From the NCBI GenBank assembly GCA_963774105.1, contig CAVZDV010000003.1:4236-68235 (forward strand): a stretch of DNA of 64,000 nucleotides, read 5' to 3'. Numbering within the stretch: the first letter of the stretch is position 1; each line of letters opens with the position of its first letter. Source of the DNA: an uncultured Acidobacteriota bacterium. Lineage in GTDB: Bacteria > Acidobacteriota > Blastocatellia > Pyrinomonadales > Pyrinomonadaceae. The notes beneath the pieces were generated by a model, which did no database searches, was not told the origin of the DNA, and was given only the letters and a program-made list of their open reading frames with translations. Shown here in pieces: positions 27,598 through 37,276 of this stretch. Made by a program: the position numbers and the translations under genes.

Positions 27598-27673
27598 GCC
27601 TCGCGTCTGACAGGCGAGGTCTTTCGAGAGGGCGGCGAGATTTCAAGAGCGCCGCCTTCATCCATTTGAGGTC

Positions 27674-28822
27674 ATGAGGCGCAACTTCGCGGCCATCGTC
27701 GTTTTCGGTTTCCTGCTCGCGTGCGGCAGTAAGACCCCGCCGGGCAGGGGCGCGGGCGAGCTGGCGCAAACTTCCGACGGCGCGGTCAGGTTCCGCGTCG
27801 AGACGGTGGCGAGCAATCTCGAAGTCCCCTGGTCAATCGTCTTCGCGCCGGACGGGCGCATGATTTTTACAGAGCGGCCGGGCCGCGTGCGCGTCGTCGA
27901 GAACGGGAGCCTGCGCGCGGAGCCGCTGGCCGTCATAGAGGACGTAGAGGCCCGCAGCGAGAGCGGCCTGATGAGTCTCGCCCTCCACCCGCAGTTCGCG
28001 TCTAACCACTGGCTCTACCTCTCCTACGCCTACGACCAGGGCGGCGAGCAGTTCGTGCGCGTCGTGCGCTTCCGCGAAACCGGCGTGGCGCTCGCGGACA
28101 GGAAGACGATCATAGAGGGCATCCCGGCCGCGCCGAACCACGCCGGCTGCCGCCTGCGCTTCGGCCCCGACTCGAAGCTTTACGTGACGACCGGCGACGC
28201 GACCGACCGCAATCTGGCACAGAAAATGGACTCGCTCGCGGGCAAGACGCTGCGGCTGAACGACGACGGGACAGTGCCGCAGGACAATCCTTTCGTCAAC
28301 CAGCAGGGCGCGCGCCCTGAAATCTGGACCCTGGGCCACCGCAACGCGCAGGGCCTGGACTGGCAGCTGGGCACGGGGTTGATGTTCCAGACGGAGCACG
28401 GCCCTTCGGGCTTCGACGGGCCGGGCGGGGGCGACGAGGTCAACATCGTCGAGCAGGGGAAGAACTACGGCTGGCCCATTATTCATCACGAGCAAACGCG
28501 CGCGGGGCTGGAAGCGCCGCTCCTGGAATACACGCCCGCGTGCGCGCCCGCGAGCGGCGTGTTCTACCGCGGCAACGCGTTCCCGCAACTGCGCGGCAAC
28601 TTCCTCTTCGGCTGCCTGCGCGGGCAGACACTCATCCGCGTCGTGCTCGACACTCGGCGCGTCACGGGCCAGGAGCGCCTCTTCGAGAAACAGTACGGCC
28701 GCATCCGCGACGTGGCCGAGGGGCCGGACGGCTTTGTCTACTTCTCGACCTCGAACCGCGACGGCCGCGGCTCGCCCGCGAAGGATGACGACAGGATTTT
28801 GAGACTCGTGCCGGTCAAGTAA
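27674..28822 (+). CDS. PQQ-dependent sugar dehydrogenase (soluble aldose dehydrogenase-like)
   Basis: GLMSLALHPQF, HAGCRLRFGPDSKLYVTTGD, GHRNAQGLDW, EHGPSG..., GKNYGWP. Beta-propeller pattern with a signal/lipoprotein N-terminus. Confidence 0.85.
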   Translation: MRRNFAAIVVFGFLLACGSKTPPGRGAGELAQTSDGAVRFRVETVASNLEVPWSIVFAPDGRMIFTERPGRVRVVENGSLRAEPLAVIEDVEARSESGLMSLALHPQFASNHWLYLSYAYDQGGEQFVRVVRFRETGVALADRKTIIEGIPAAPNHAGCRLRFGPDSKLYVTTGDATDRNLAQKMDSLAGKTLRLNDDGTVPQDNPFVNQQGARPEIWTLGHRNAQGLDWQLGTGLMFQTEHGPSGFDGPGGGDEVNIVEQGKNYGWPIIHHEQTRAGLEAPLLEYTPACAPASGVFYRGNAFPQLRGNFLFGCLRGQTLIRVVLDTRRVTGQERLFEKQYGRIRDVAEGPDGFVYFSTSNRDGRGSPAKDDDRILRLVPVK

Positions 28823-28854
28823 AATAGGAGCAGCAAAGTCTGGAGGTGTCCTGG

Positions 28855-29085
28855 ATGTCTACGGAGGCAATCACCATCGAGCTTGATTCCGATTCGGCTC
28901 AAGTCTTCAAGACGGCGTCGGCAGAAGAGCGGGAGAAGTTGCAAGTCCTGCTCGGCATCTGGCTGAAAGAGTATGCCAGAGCCGACGCCGCTTCCTTGAA
29001 GGACACTATGAGCGAAATCGGCAGAGAGGCGCAGAGCAGGGGACTGACGCCGGAGATTTTGGAGTCCATCCTTGAGGAAGATTAG
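28855..29085 (+). CDS. Putative antitoxin partner of the PIN toxin
   Basis: 76-aa acidic helical protein ending 2 nt before the PIN gene. GGAGG lies 11 nt upstream of ATG 28855. Confidence 0.55.
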   Translation: MSTEAITIELDSDSAQVFKTASAEEREKLQVLLGIWLKEYARADAASLKDTMSEIGREAQSRGLTPEILESILEED

Positions 29086-29087
29086 TC

Positions 29088-29492
29088 TTGCGCTTCGTTT
29101 TCGATACGAACGTCATCGTGAGCGCGGCGCTGCTTGCCGGCTCCGTCCCCCGGCGGGCTTTTGATAAAGCCCTCGATAGAGGAACACTCCTGATTTCAGC
29201 CCCCGTCCTGTTGGAGTTATCCGAAGTCCTCAGCCGCGAGAGGTTGAACAAATATTTGCTGGAAAGTGAGCGGATGCGCTTTCTGGTGGCGCTGCTCAAG
29301 GAGACTGAACTGGTCGAAATCACCACGCCCGTAACCGCTTGCCGGGACAATAAGGACAACAAGTTTCTGGAACTGGCCGTGAGCGGGAACGCCGATTATA
29401 TCGTCAGCGGCGACGAGGACTTGCTCGTCCTCGACCCTTTCCGCGGGATTCCTATCCTGACTCCGAGAAACTTCGTGGACAGGGACTTGTGA
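29088..29492 (+). CDS. PIN-domain toxin (PIN_3/TIGR00305-like)
   Basis: FVFDTNVIVSAAL ... CRDNKDNKFLELAVSGNADYIVSGDEDLLVL, with the acidic residues typical of PIN nucleases. TTG start. Confidence 0.8.
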   Translation: MRFVFDTNVIVSAALLAGSVPRRAFDKALDRGTLLISAPVLLELSEVLSRERLNKYLLESERMRFLVALLKETELVEITTPVTACRDNKDNKFLELAVSGNADYIVSGDEDLLVLDPFRGIPILTPRNFVDRDL

Positions 29493-29499
29493 CGGCGCC

Positions 29500-30153
29500 T
29501 CATTTTTTCTGTGCCAGGACGGCGGTCTTCGACCAGCCGATGGGGTGGAGCGGGGGGAAGCGGTAGTGCTTGACGACGCGGAAGTAGCGGCGCGTGTTCT
29601 CGGCGACTTCGCGCGGGTGGTGGGCCTTGAAGCGGAACATGACTTCGAGGAGCTTGCCGACGGGCGAGGGCCGGACGGGGAGGTGCAGGATGTAGCCGCC
29701 GGGCTTGAGGACGCGGGCCAGCTCGCCCAGGCCGTCGCGCAAAGGCACGTATTCGAGCACGCCGCTCGTGACGACGAAGTCGAAGGAGTCGGAGACGAAG
29801 GGGAGCGCCAGGACGTTGGCCTGCGTGAACCAGACTTTGTCGGCGCGGCCGGCCTTCTCCTCGACGGCCTTGCGGGCCGTGACGATGGACGAGCCCGAGA
29901 GGTCTACGGCCGTGATCCTGACCGGCTGATCCAGCGCCTTGAGGAGCGCGACCGTCAGCAGGCCCGTGCCGCAGCCGGCGTCCAGGATGCGAGCGCCGCG
30001 CGAGAGCGGGATGGGGTGCGTGCGCAGGTAATGGTGGAGCGAGCGGCCGTAGCCGTTGAACTTGAAGGTCAGGTTGTAGAGGCCCGCAATCTTGTCGTAG
30101 AACGTCCCAGCGCCGTCCTCCGCAACGCTTTTTGTCGCCGGCCTCTCAGTCAT
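29500..30153 (-). CDS. Class I SAM-dependent methyltransferase
   Basis: Motif I ILDAGCGTGLLTVALL, then FDFVVTSGVLEYV and LKPGGYIL. Confidence 0.85.
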   Translation of the reverse strand: MTERPATKSVAEDGAGTFYDKIAGLYNLTFKFNGYGRSLHHYLRTHPIPLSRGARILDAGCGTGLLTVALLKALDQPVRITAVDLSGSSIVTARKAVEEKAGRADKVWFTQANVLALPFVSDSFDFVVTSGVLEYVPLRDGLGELARVLKPGGYILHLPVRPSPVGKLLEVMFRFKAHHPREVAENTRRYFRVVKHYRFPPLHPIGWSKTAVLAQKK

Positions 30154-30406
30154 GCCTCGGTCCCGACCTCCGCTTTTGCCCAAAAAGATTCCCTCCTGCC
30201 GGGAGAGCCGGCGGCCCCTTTGTTTTTAGAAGAAATCCCTAAATCTGGTTTGTGAACTACGGTTTTCGCCCTAATCTATACCACAGGAGGAGCGCCTAAA
30301 AACAGCCGCTCGGTGGAAAATTTCCGGGGCCGGCCGCGCAAGAATTGGCCCGCGCGGGCGTTCAGCCGGCAGCCGACCTTTGATTTCATGGAATCTGGAG
30401 GGAGAA

Positions 30407-31315
30407 ATGAAAAAAGCAGCAGTCACGCTTGTCTCCGCCGCCCTCATCGGTCTCTTCCTGTTCGCGGCCTCTATTTCCGCGCCCGGCGTCTCGCTGGCGA
30501 GCACGAGCGCCAACGTCATCGCCCCCGAGCCGCCCGTAGTGTCGAGCGGCGGGTTCGAGGTGGAGGTGCTGGTTGACGGCCGCCAGCTCGAAGAGTACGC
30601 GGCGCGTGGCCGCACTTACGTAGAGGCGTTCGACGGCGCGGAGTACGCGCTGCGCATACGCAACCCTTACGGCTATCGCGTGGCCGTGGCGCTGTCCGTG
30701 GACGGGATGAACACGATTGACGCGAGCCGTTCCTCCGCCTGGGACGCGAGCAAGTGGGTCATAGGCCCCTACCAGAGCATCACCATCAGCGGGTGGCAGA
30801 TGAGCTCGTCACGCGCGCGCCGCTTTTACTTCACGACCGAGCGCGACTCTTACGGCGCGAAGCTCGGCCGCACGGCCAACCTGGGCGTCATCTCAGCAGT
30901 CTTCTTCCGCGAGCGCGCTCCGGTGGTCATCGTCCCGCGCCCGCCGCGCCCCAGGCACCCGTACCCTTACGAGGAGGACGGGAGCGACCGCACGGAGTCT
31001 AAGAGGCGCGGCGGCGACGCGCCTGCGGCGAGCAGTCGCGACGGAGCGGGCGCTAGGAGCGCGGAAGTCTACCCGCGGCCGGACGACGAATCGGCCGCGA
31101 CCGGCATCGGCCGCAACGTCCAGCACGACGTGAGCTGGGTCAACATGGATTTGGTCCCGCGCGCGGCCGGAGAGGTGACCATCCGCTACGAGTATCGCGA
31201 CGCGCTCGTCCGCCTGGGCGTCTTCCCGCGCCGCTACCCGCGCGAGGACGCGTTGCGAAGGCGCGAACGCTCGACGGGCTTCGAGGACCGCGGCGGCTTC
31301 AGCCCGGAGCCGTAG
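30407..31315 (+). CDS. Secreted hypothetical protein
   Basis: GGAGGGAG SD plus ATG 30407. Signal peptide MKKAAVTLVSAALIGLFLFAASISAPGVSLA. Beta-rich N-terminal domain and an Arg/Pro/Asp-rich disordered tail. Confidence 0.65.
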   Translation: MKKAAVTLVSAALIGLFLFAASISAPGVSLASTSANVIAPEPPVVSSGGFEVEVLVDGRQLEEYAARGRTYVEAFDGAEYALRIRNPYGYRVAVALSVDGMNTIDASRSSAWDASKWVIGPYQSITISGWQMSSSRARRFYFTTERDSYGAKLGRTANLGVISAVFFRERAPVVIVPRPPRPRHPYPYEEDGSDRTESKRRGGDAPAASSRDGAGARSAEVYPRPDDESAATGIGRNVQHDVSWVNMDLVPRAAGEVTIRYEYRDALVRLGVFPRRYPREDALRRRERSTGFEDRGGFSPEP

Positions 31316-31326
31316 GCCCGAAAGAA

Positions 31327-31423
31327 GCGGGGGCAAGCCGCCCTTCCTGACCTGCGAATTGGCGTCGGTTGAATCACTCAAGCCGCCACGCCTCTGAGGT
31401 CAGTAAGAGGGTCTTGCCCCCGC
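31327..31423. repeat. Palindromic element, family C copy 1
   Basis: GCGGGGGCAAGCCGCCCTTCCTGACCTG ... CTGAGGTCAGTAAGAGGGTCTTGCCCCCGC. Lies between convergent gene ends. Confidence 0.8.
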
Positions 31424-31438
31424 TTCCCCTGTTTGACT

Positions 31439-32884
31439 TCAACGCCGCGGCATCAGTTCTTTAGTGTAAAGTTCCTGGTAGGCGCGGTAGTTCGCCATCA
31501 CTATGTGGACGTATTTCTTGGTCTCCTCGAAACCCACCTCCGCGGCGAAGACGCCTGGGTCGCGCCGGCCCGCTCGCTTGAGCCAGCGCGCGACGTTGTC
31601 CTCGCCCCCGTTGTAAGACGCGACCACGGCCTCCGGCAAGTTCGGGAACTGGCGCGCAAGCTCCGCAAGATAAACTGAGCCGAGCAGGATGGAAGTCTCC
31701 GGGCGGTAGAGGTCTTCGTCGCGCAGGTTGTTCAAGCCGACGTGCGACGCGTAGCGCGCGGCAGTGTCGGGCGTCAGTTGCAGCAAGCCGCGCGCGGCGG
31801 CGATGGACTTGGCGCGCGGCTTAAAACCGCTCTCCTGCCGCATAATCGCCAGCACCAGGCGCGGGTCAACTCCGCGCTTTGCGGCCTCACGCACAATCGC
31901 GTCGCGGTAGGGCGCGGGGTATTGACTCGACGCCGAATTTATCTGCGCCCTGACGCGGTCGGCGCGTGCTCCGGCGGCGGCGCGCTGCGAGGCGTTGCCG
32001 AGCGCGAGGACGCGCGTGGTCGCCAGCCAGCCGTAATAGGAATCAATTCTGTCCGGGATGACGAGGTAAGCGCCCGCGGCCTCCTCCTTCCGCCCGGCCT
32101 GCTCAAGACTGTAAGCCTTTAGATAAGCCACCTCGTCCGGCGTCGTCAGCACCTTGCCTGTGAAGGCCGCGCGGCGCAGCTCGTCGGCCGTCTGCGCGGC
32201 GTGCGTCCAGTCGCCGCCGGCCACGTCCAGGCGCAGCCGCGCGAACAGCGCGTTGGTCGCAGTCGGCGTGCCTGCGTGCTTCTCCCGCGTGCGCGCGATC
32301 CAGGCGATGGCTTCGAGCGGCCGCCCCGCCTCGCGCAGGCTGTCTATGACGTTCAGGTGCGCGAACTCCACGCGCTCGCCCTCCGGGTAACGCTCGACGT
32401 ATTCGCGGTAGCTGGCGGCCGCGTCCGCCGCGCGGCCCAGTCGCAGGTAGGCGGAGGCCAGCGAGTAGAGCCCCTCGCGCCCGTCCTTCGTCTGCCCGAA
32501 CTCGCGCGACACGCGCTCAAAGAAGGGGACTGACTCGGCGTAGCCGCGCATCTGGAAGTACGAGCGCCCGGTGCCGTAGAGCGCCGGGGGGACGTTGACC
32601 GCGTCCGAAGGGTAACGCGCTAACACCGCCTGAAAATGGCGGCGCGCTTCGGCGAACGCGCGGTTCTTCAGGTAGACGCCGCCGCGCCTGACGTGCTCCG
32701 CGGCCGTCAACTCGGCGGACCCTTCGCGGTCGAGCCTCCGCACCTCGCTCAACTCGCTGTCCTGCGGCTCAAGCGTTGATGAAAAATTGGCCCTTTCGAT
32801 GTTCGCTTGAGCGGACTGAGCGGGCGGCACACCCGTTGCCGCCAGGGTCGAGAACACTAGTGCGAGCGCGACGTGTATGAACAT
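31439..32884 (-). CDS. Soluble lytic transglycosylase (Slt-like) with TPR/superhelical N-domain
   Basis: C-terminal SLT motif LVLAIMRQESGFKPRAKSIAAARGLLQLTPDTA ... YNGG. Signal peptide from the Met at 32884. Confidence 0.85.
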   Translation of the reverse strand: MFIHVALALVFSTLAATGVPPAQSAQANIERANFSSTLEPQDSELSEVRRLDREGSAELTAAEHVRRGGVYLKNRAFAEARRHFQAVLARYPSDAVNVPPALYGTGRSYFQMRGYAESVPFFERVSREFGQTKDGREGLYSLASAYLRLGRAADAAASYREYVERYPEGERVEFAHLNVIDSLREAGRPLEAIAWIARTREKHAGTPTATNALFARLRLDVAGGDWTHAAQTADELRRAAFTGKVLTTPDEVAYLKAYSLEQAGRKEEAAGAYLVIPDRIDSYYGWLATTRVLALGNASQRAAAGARADRVRAQINSASSQYPAPYRDAIVREAAKRGVDPRLVLAIMRQESGFKPRAKSIAAARGLLQLTPDTAARYASHVGLNNLRDEDLYRPETSILLGSVYLAELARQFPNLPEAVVASYNGGEDNVARWLKRAGRRDPGVFAAEVGFEETKKYVHIVMANYRAYQELYTKELMPRR

Positions 32885-32895
32885 CCCTTTACCCC

Positions 32896-33321
32896 TTAGT
32901 GCGTTTCTATAATCTCGTAGCTGGAGACGATTTCGACGGTCGGGCGCAGGGTCGCGGCGACGCTGCAATACTTCGTCTCGGACAGCTCTATGGCCTGCGC
33001 GAGCGCCTTCTCCGTGATGCCGCGCCCGCTGACGATATGTTTGACCTCCATCCGCGTGAAGTGGCGCGGGTGCTCGGCCCGCCGCTCGCCGCTGACCTCC
33101 ACGCGGTAGGCAGAGATTTGCGCGCGCTTCTTCGTCAGGATGTTGACCACGTCAACGGCCGTGCAGCTGCCGAGCGCTATCAGGAGCAGCTCGACGGGCG
33201 TGGCCGCGCTCGCGCGCTCGTGGTTCGTGTCGAGCGCCTGCGCGTGCCCGCTCGGGCTGACGCCGACGAACAGGTCGTCGCCGGCAAAATAGATTGTCGC
33301 TTTCGCGCCTTCGTTGCCCAT
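32896..33321 (-). CDS. OsmC-family protein
   Basis: PVELLLIALGSCTAVDVVNIL ... KYCSVAATL, with the two conserved Cys contexts of the OsmC/Ohr fold. Confidence 0.8.
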   Translation of the reverse strand: MGNEGAKATIYFAGDDLFVGVSPSGHAQALDTNHERASAATPVELLLIALGSCTAVDVVNILTKKRAQISAYRVEVSGERRAEHPRHFTRMEVKHIVSGRGITEKALAQAIELSETKYCSVAATLRPTVEIVSSYEIIETH

Positions 33322-33481
33322 CAGGTTTACCTCTTCCCCGAGAGCATAGCACAACCGCCGGGCCGAATTTCCGTGCGCGCGCTCGAAAAATTGGATATTG
33401 AAACGCGGGGCGCTTCGGGGCTAAAATAGAAGCCCTGTTATTTCCCAAGAGGAGTGATTGATTCAGAAAGGAGAATCTGTC

Positions 33482-33958
33482 ATGTCCCCCGCCTCTCTCA
33501 GACGGGTTGTCACGCTCATCGCCCTCGCGCTGTTAGCCGCGGCCAGCACCGCGGTCGCCACCGCGCAGAAGGTGAGTGAGAAGAAAGCAGCCGACAAGCC
33601 ACTATTCATCGAGTACAAAGGCGTGCGCATCGGCATGGACGCCGACGAGGTGCGTCAGAAACTGGGCCAGCCGACCGACAAAGGCGACGTGCAAGACTTC
33701 TTTCAGTTCACGGAGAAAGAGTCCTGCCAGGTCTATTACGACAAAGTCCGCAAGGTGATGGCCGTCTCCATCAACTACGTGGGCGACGCCAGCGGCGCGC
33801 CGCTGCCGAAGGTCGTGCTCGGCACGGAAATCGAGGCCAAGGCCGACGGGGCGATGTACAAGATGGTTCGCTACCCCGGCTCCGGCTACTGGGTTTCTTA
33901 CAATAAGACGGGCGGCGAGGACCCGCTCGTCACCGTGACGATGCAGAAAATTCAATAA
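33482..33958 (+). CDS. Secreted hypothetical protein
   Basis: Signal peptide MSPASLRRVVTLIALALLAAASTAVATAQ. No motif recognised. Confidence 0.6.
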   Translation: MSPASLRRVVTLIALALLAAASTAVATAQKVSEKKAADKPLFIEYKGVRIGMDADEVRQKLGQPTDKGDVQDFFQFTEKESCQVYYDKVRKVMAVSINYVGDASGAPLPKVVLGTEIEAKADGAMYKMVRYPGSGYWVSYNKTGGEDPLVTVTMQKIQ

Positions 33959-34257
33959 TCGCGCAACAGTTTTGCGCGGCAACCCGCCGGGGGGCCTACT
34001 GAATCAGACTAGGCGGGTTGCTCCCCCGGCGTAAGCGTGTCATCATGTTCGCGCCGCCCCCTCTCCGTGCGCTCTCGCCCGCGAGAACCGAGCCGGAGAA
34101 GTCAGTGCTTGCCTCTCCTCAAAAGCTCTTCCCGTAAGCATATTTCCCCTTTCCCCCTTTGCAAAAACAGCCCGCCGCAAGGTCCCGGGAACGGCCCGGG
34201 CCGGCCGCGAGAGTTGTGACATTGAGGAATCAACAATTGAAAGTGGAGGGATGGGTA

Positions 34258-35835
34258 ATGAATCGAGTCAGAAGAATTTTCAGCGCGAGCTTCGTAATCC
34301 TGCTCGCGCTCGCCAGCGTCGGGATGGAGGCGCAGGCGCAGAGGCGCGGCCGCAACGCGCAGGTGCGCCAACTGGTCCGCAGCATAGAGACGCGGACGGA
34401 CGCTTTCCGCAACAGCTTGGGCAACGCGCTCGACCAGAGCACGATTGACAACACGCGCCGCGAGGACAACGTCAACCAGTTCGTCAGCGACTTCGAGAGC
34501 GCGACGGACCAACTCAGCACGCGCGTGCAGAGCCGCCAATTTGGCACAGCGGACATTCAGCTCGTGCTCGACCGCGCGTCGCTGATAGACCGCTTCATGC
34601 GGCGCAACCGCGTCGGCGGGCAGGCCGAAATCGAGTGGGCGAGCATCAGGCAGGACTTGAACCAACTGGCGAGCCTTTACAACCTCTCGTGGCGCGGCAA
34701 CCGCCGGAACAATGACAACGACGACGACTACGCGCAGAACAATTACCCGCAGAATAACTATCCGTCGGGAAACACGACCGCGAACCGGCTGACGGGCACC
34801 TACCGCCTGGACGCGACGCGCAGCGACGACGCGCGCCAGATAGCCGAGCGCGAGGTGCGCAGCCTCTCCAACAGGGACCGGCAGCGTGTCCTAGACTCGT
34901 TGACGGCGCGGCTTGAGTCGCCGACGGGGCTGGCGATTGACCGGCGCGGGCGCAGCGTGACCATCGCCTCGTCGCGCTCGCCGCAGTTCACCTTCGAGGC
35001 CGACGGCATAGAGCGCACCGAGACGGGCTCTAACGGGCAGACCGTGCGCGTGCGCTCGACGCTCGAAGGCGACCGCCTCGTCGTCACTTCGACGGGCGAC
35101 CGTGACAGCGACTTCAACGTCACCTTCGACCCGGTCGAGAACGGGCAGCGGCTGCGCGTCACACGCCGCATCTCTGACATCAACCTGAGCCGCCCGGTCG
35201 AAGTCGTCAGCCTGTACGACAAGACCTCCGAGGTCGCGGACCTGAACCTTTACAACAACGGCCCCGGCTACCCAGGCTCCGGCTCGACGACGGGCACGGC
35301 GAGCGGCCAGTTCATCATCCCGGACGGGACGCAGATCATCGCCACGCTCGACAACGACCTTTCGACGAGGGCCGCGCGCGAGAATGACCCGTTCACGATG
35401 ACCGTCCGCTCGCCATCCCAGTACGAGGGCGCGACCATCCGCGGGCACCTCTCGAACGTCAACCGTTCGGGGCGCGTCACGGGGCGCTCGGAGGTGACAC
35501 TCAACTTCGACACCATCACGCTGCGCAACGGCGACTCGTACCGCTTCGCGGGCATCACCGAGTCTGTCCGCACGACCTCGGGCGAGACCGTGCGGGTGGA
35601 CAATGAGGGCGCAGTTCGTGAAGACAACCGCACGAACACGACAGTCAAGCGCGCCGGTATAGGCACTGCGGTCGGGGCCATCATCGGCGCGATTGCGGGC
35701 GGCGGCAAGGGCGCTGCCATCGGCGCGATCATCGGCGCGGGCGCGGGCGCGGGCTCCGTCTACGTGCAGGGCAAGGACGACCTGGAGCTGACGAGCGGCA
35801 CGGAGCTGACGCTGCGCGCCTCAGCGCCGAGGTAA
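34258..35835 (+). CDS. Secreted protein with C-terminal glycine-zipper; paralog of 49756..51057
   Basis: Signal peptide, helical N-domain, shared beta-rich core (LTGTYRLDATRSDD ... FTFEADGIERTE ... FNVTFDPVENGQRLRVTRR ... VVSLYDKTSEVA), and C-terminus GTAVGAIIGAIAGGGKGAAIGAIIGAGAGAGSVYVQG. Confidence 0.7.
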   Translation: MNRVRRIFSASFVILLALASVGMEAQAQRRGRNAQVRQLVRSIETRTDAFRNSLGNALDQSTIDNTRREDNVNQFVSDFESATDQLSTRVQSRQFGTADIQLVLDRASLIDRFMRRNRVGGQAEIEWASIRQDLNQLASLYNLSWRGNRRNNDNDDDYAQNNYPQNNYPSGNTTANRLTGTYRLDATRSDDARQIAEREVRSLSNRDRQRVLDSLTARLESPTGLAIDRRGRSVTIASSRSPQFTFEADGIERTETGSNGQTVRVRSTLEGDRLVVTSTGDRDSDFNVTFDPVENGQRLRVTRRISDINLSRPVEVVSLYDKTSEVADLNLYNNGPGYPGSGSTTGTASGQFIIPDGTQIIATLDNDLSTRAARENDPFTMTVRSPSQYEGATIRGHLSNVNRSGRVTGRSEVTLNFDTITLRNGDSYRFAGITESVRTTSGETVRVDNEGAVREDNRTNTTVKRAGIGTAVGAIIGAIAGGGKGAAIGAIIGAGAGAGSVYVQGKDDLELTSGTELTLRASAPR

Positions 35836-35978
35836 AACCTTTCGGGCTTGCCGAAAGTCTGAAAAAGTAGAGACGCGGGAGAAGGGCCGACCTCCTCCCG
35901 CGTCTTTCTGTTTTCCGCGGGGCCGCGCCGGTGCTAGGATGCTCCCGCTTCGCGGACGCAGACTTAAGGAGAAAAGGA

Positions 35979-37268
35979 GTGACTGGCACAACGGCGATTC
36001 TGAGCGGACTGCCCGGCGAGTTGCGGCTTCAGCGATTGGAGGCGCTGGTCGCGGCGAGCGAGACACTCAACCGCGCCTCCGGGCTGGACGACATCCTGGG
36101 GGCCATCCTGGACCTCGTCAAGACGCAGCTCGGCGCGGAGCGCGCGACCGTGTTCCTCAACGACCGCCGCACGGGGAAGCTGCACGCGCGGCAGATGAGC
36201 GGGTCGCAGCACGTCGAGATCGTGCTTGAGCGGGGCGTCGGCGTGGCCGGGTACGTGGCCGAGAAGGGCGAGAGCGTTTTGATTAACGACGTGTCGGCGG
36301 ACCCGCGCTTCGACGCCTCGACCGACAGGCGCACGGGGTTCACGACGAGAAATATGCTCTGCGTGCCGCTACGCAAGCCGGAGGGCGCGCTGCTCGGCTC
36401 CCTGCAAGCCATTAACAGATTGGAAGGCGAGTTCACCGAAGCCGACCTCGTCTACCTCGAATCGTTCGCGGCGCTCGCGGCCGTGGCGGTCGAGCGCGAG
36501 CAATTGGCACAGGAGGCTTTCCGCGCCCAGCTCATCTCGACGGAGCTTGAGCTGGCGCGGAAGATTCAGGCGCGGCTGCTCCCGCCGCCTGGGAAAATCA
36601 ATCTGCCCGCGCCGTTCAGCGCCTGGGGCGTGAGCCAGCCCTGCTACGACGTGGGCGGCGACTGCTACGACGCGTTCGTGCTGCCGACGGGCGAGTGCGC
36701 CTTCTGGGTGGCGGACGTGAGCGGGAAGGGAATCGGCGCGGCGCTGCTGATGACGACGCTGCAAACTGAATTGCGCACGCTGGCGCGCGAGGAAGGCGAC
36801 TTGTCGAGGCTCGCCGCCGAGCTGGACGCGCGCGTCGGCGCGGTCGCCCCGCTCGGCACCTACGCGACTCTCTTCCTCGGCGTGCTCTCGGCACGGAAAG
36901 AGAGCCTGCGCTACATCAACGCGGGGCACGTGCCGCCGGTGTGGCTCAAGGCACGCGCGGAGGCGGCGCGCTCTTTCGAGGTCAGCGGAAAGCTCATCGG
37001 CTTGCAACTGCCCGGCGACGGCTACACGGCCGGCGAGATAGTGTTCGAGAAAGGTGAGCGGCTCGCGGTCTTCAGCGACGGCGTGACGGACGCGGAGAAC
37101 ACCGCGGGCGAGACTTTCGAGGAGCAGGGCCTGGCCGAGAGCCAGGCGCGCGTGAGCGCGGCCGATGTTGAGCAGATCGGCCAGGCCCTCTTCACGGACC
37201 TGGACTGCTTCCGCATCGGCGCTCCCGCCAAAGACGACACGACTTACTTAGTTATCGGTTTGGATTGA
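35979..37268 (+). CDS. GAF-domain PP2C/SpoIIE-family phosphatase (RsbU-like)
   Basis: GAF (LDDILGAILDLVKTQLGAERATVFL...), then ARKIQARLLPP, GGDCYD, DVSGKGIGAALLM, SDGVTDA. AAGGAG SD before GTG 35979. Confidence 0.85.
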   Translation: MTGTTAILSGLPGELRLQRLEALVAASETLNRASGLDDILGAILDLVKTQLGAERATVFLNDRRTGKLHARQMSGSQHVEIVLERGVGVAGYVAEKGESVLINDVSADPRFDASTDRRTGFTTRNMLCVPLRKPEGALLGSLQAINRLEGEFTEADLVYLESFAALAAVAVEREQLAQEAFRAQLISTELELARKIQARLLPPPGKINLPAPFSAWGVSQPCYDVGGDCYDAFVLPTGECAFWVADVSGKGIGAALLMTTLQTELRTLAREEGDLSRLAAELDARVGAVAPLGTYATLFLGVLSARKESLRYINAGHVPPVWLKARAEAARSFEVSGKLIGLQLPGDGYTAGEIVFEKGERLAVFSDGVTDAENTAGETFEEQGLAESQARVSAADVEQIGQALFTDLDCFRIGAPAKDDTTYLVIGLD

Positions 37269-37276
37269 GCGGCGAG

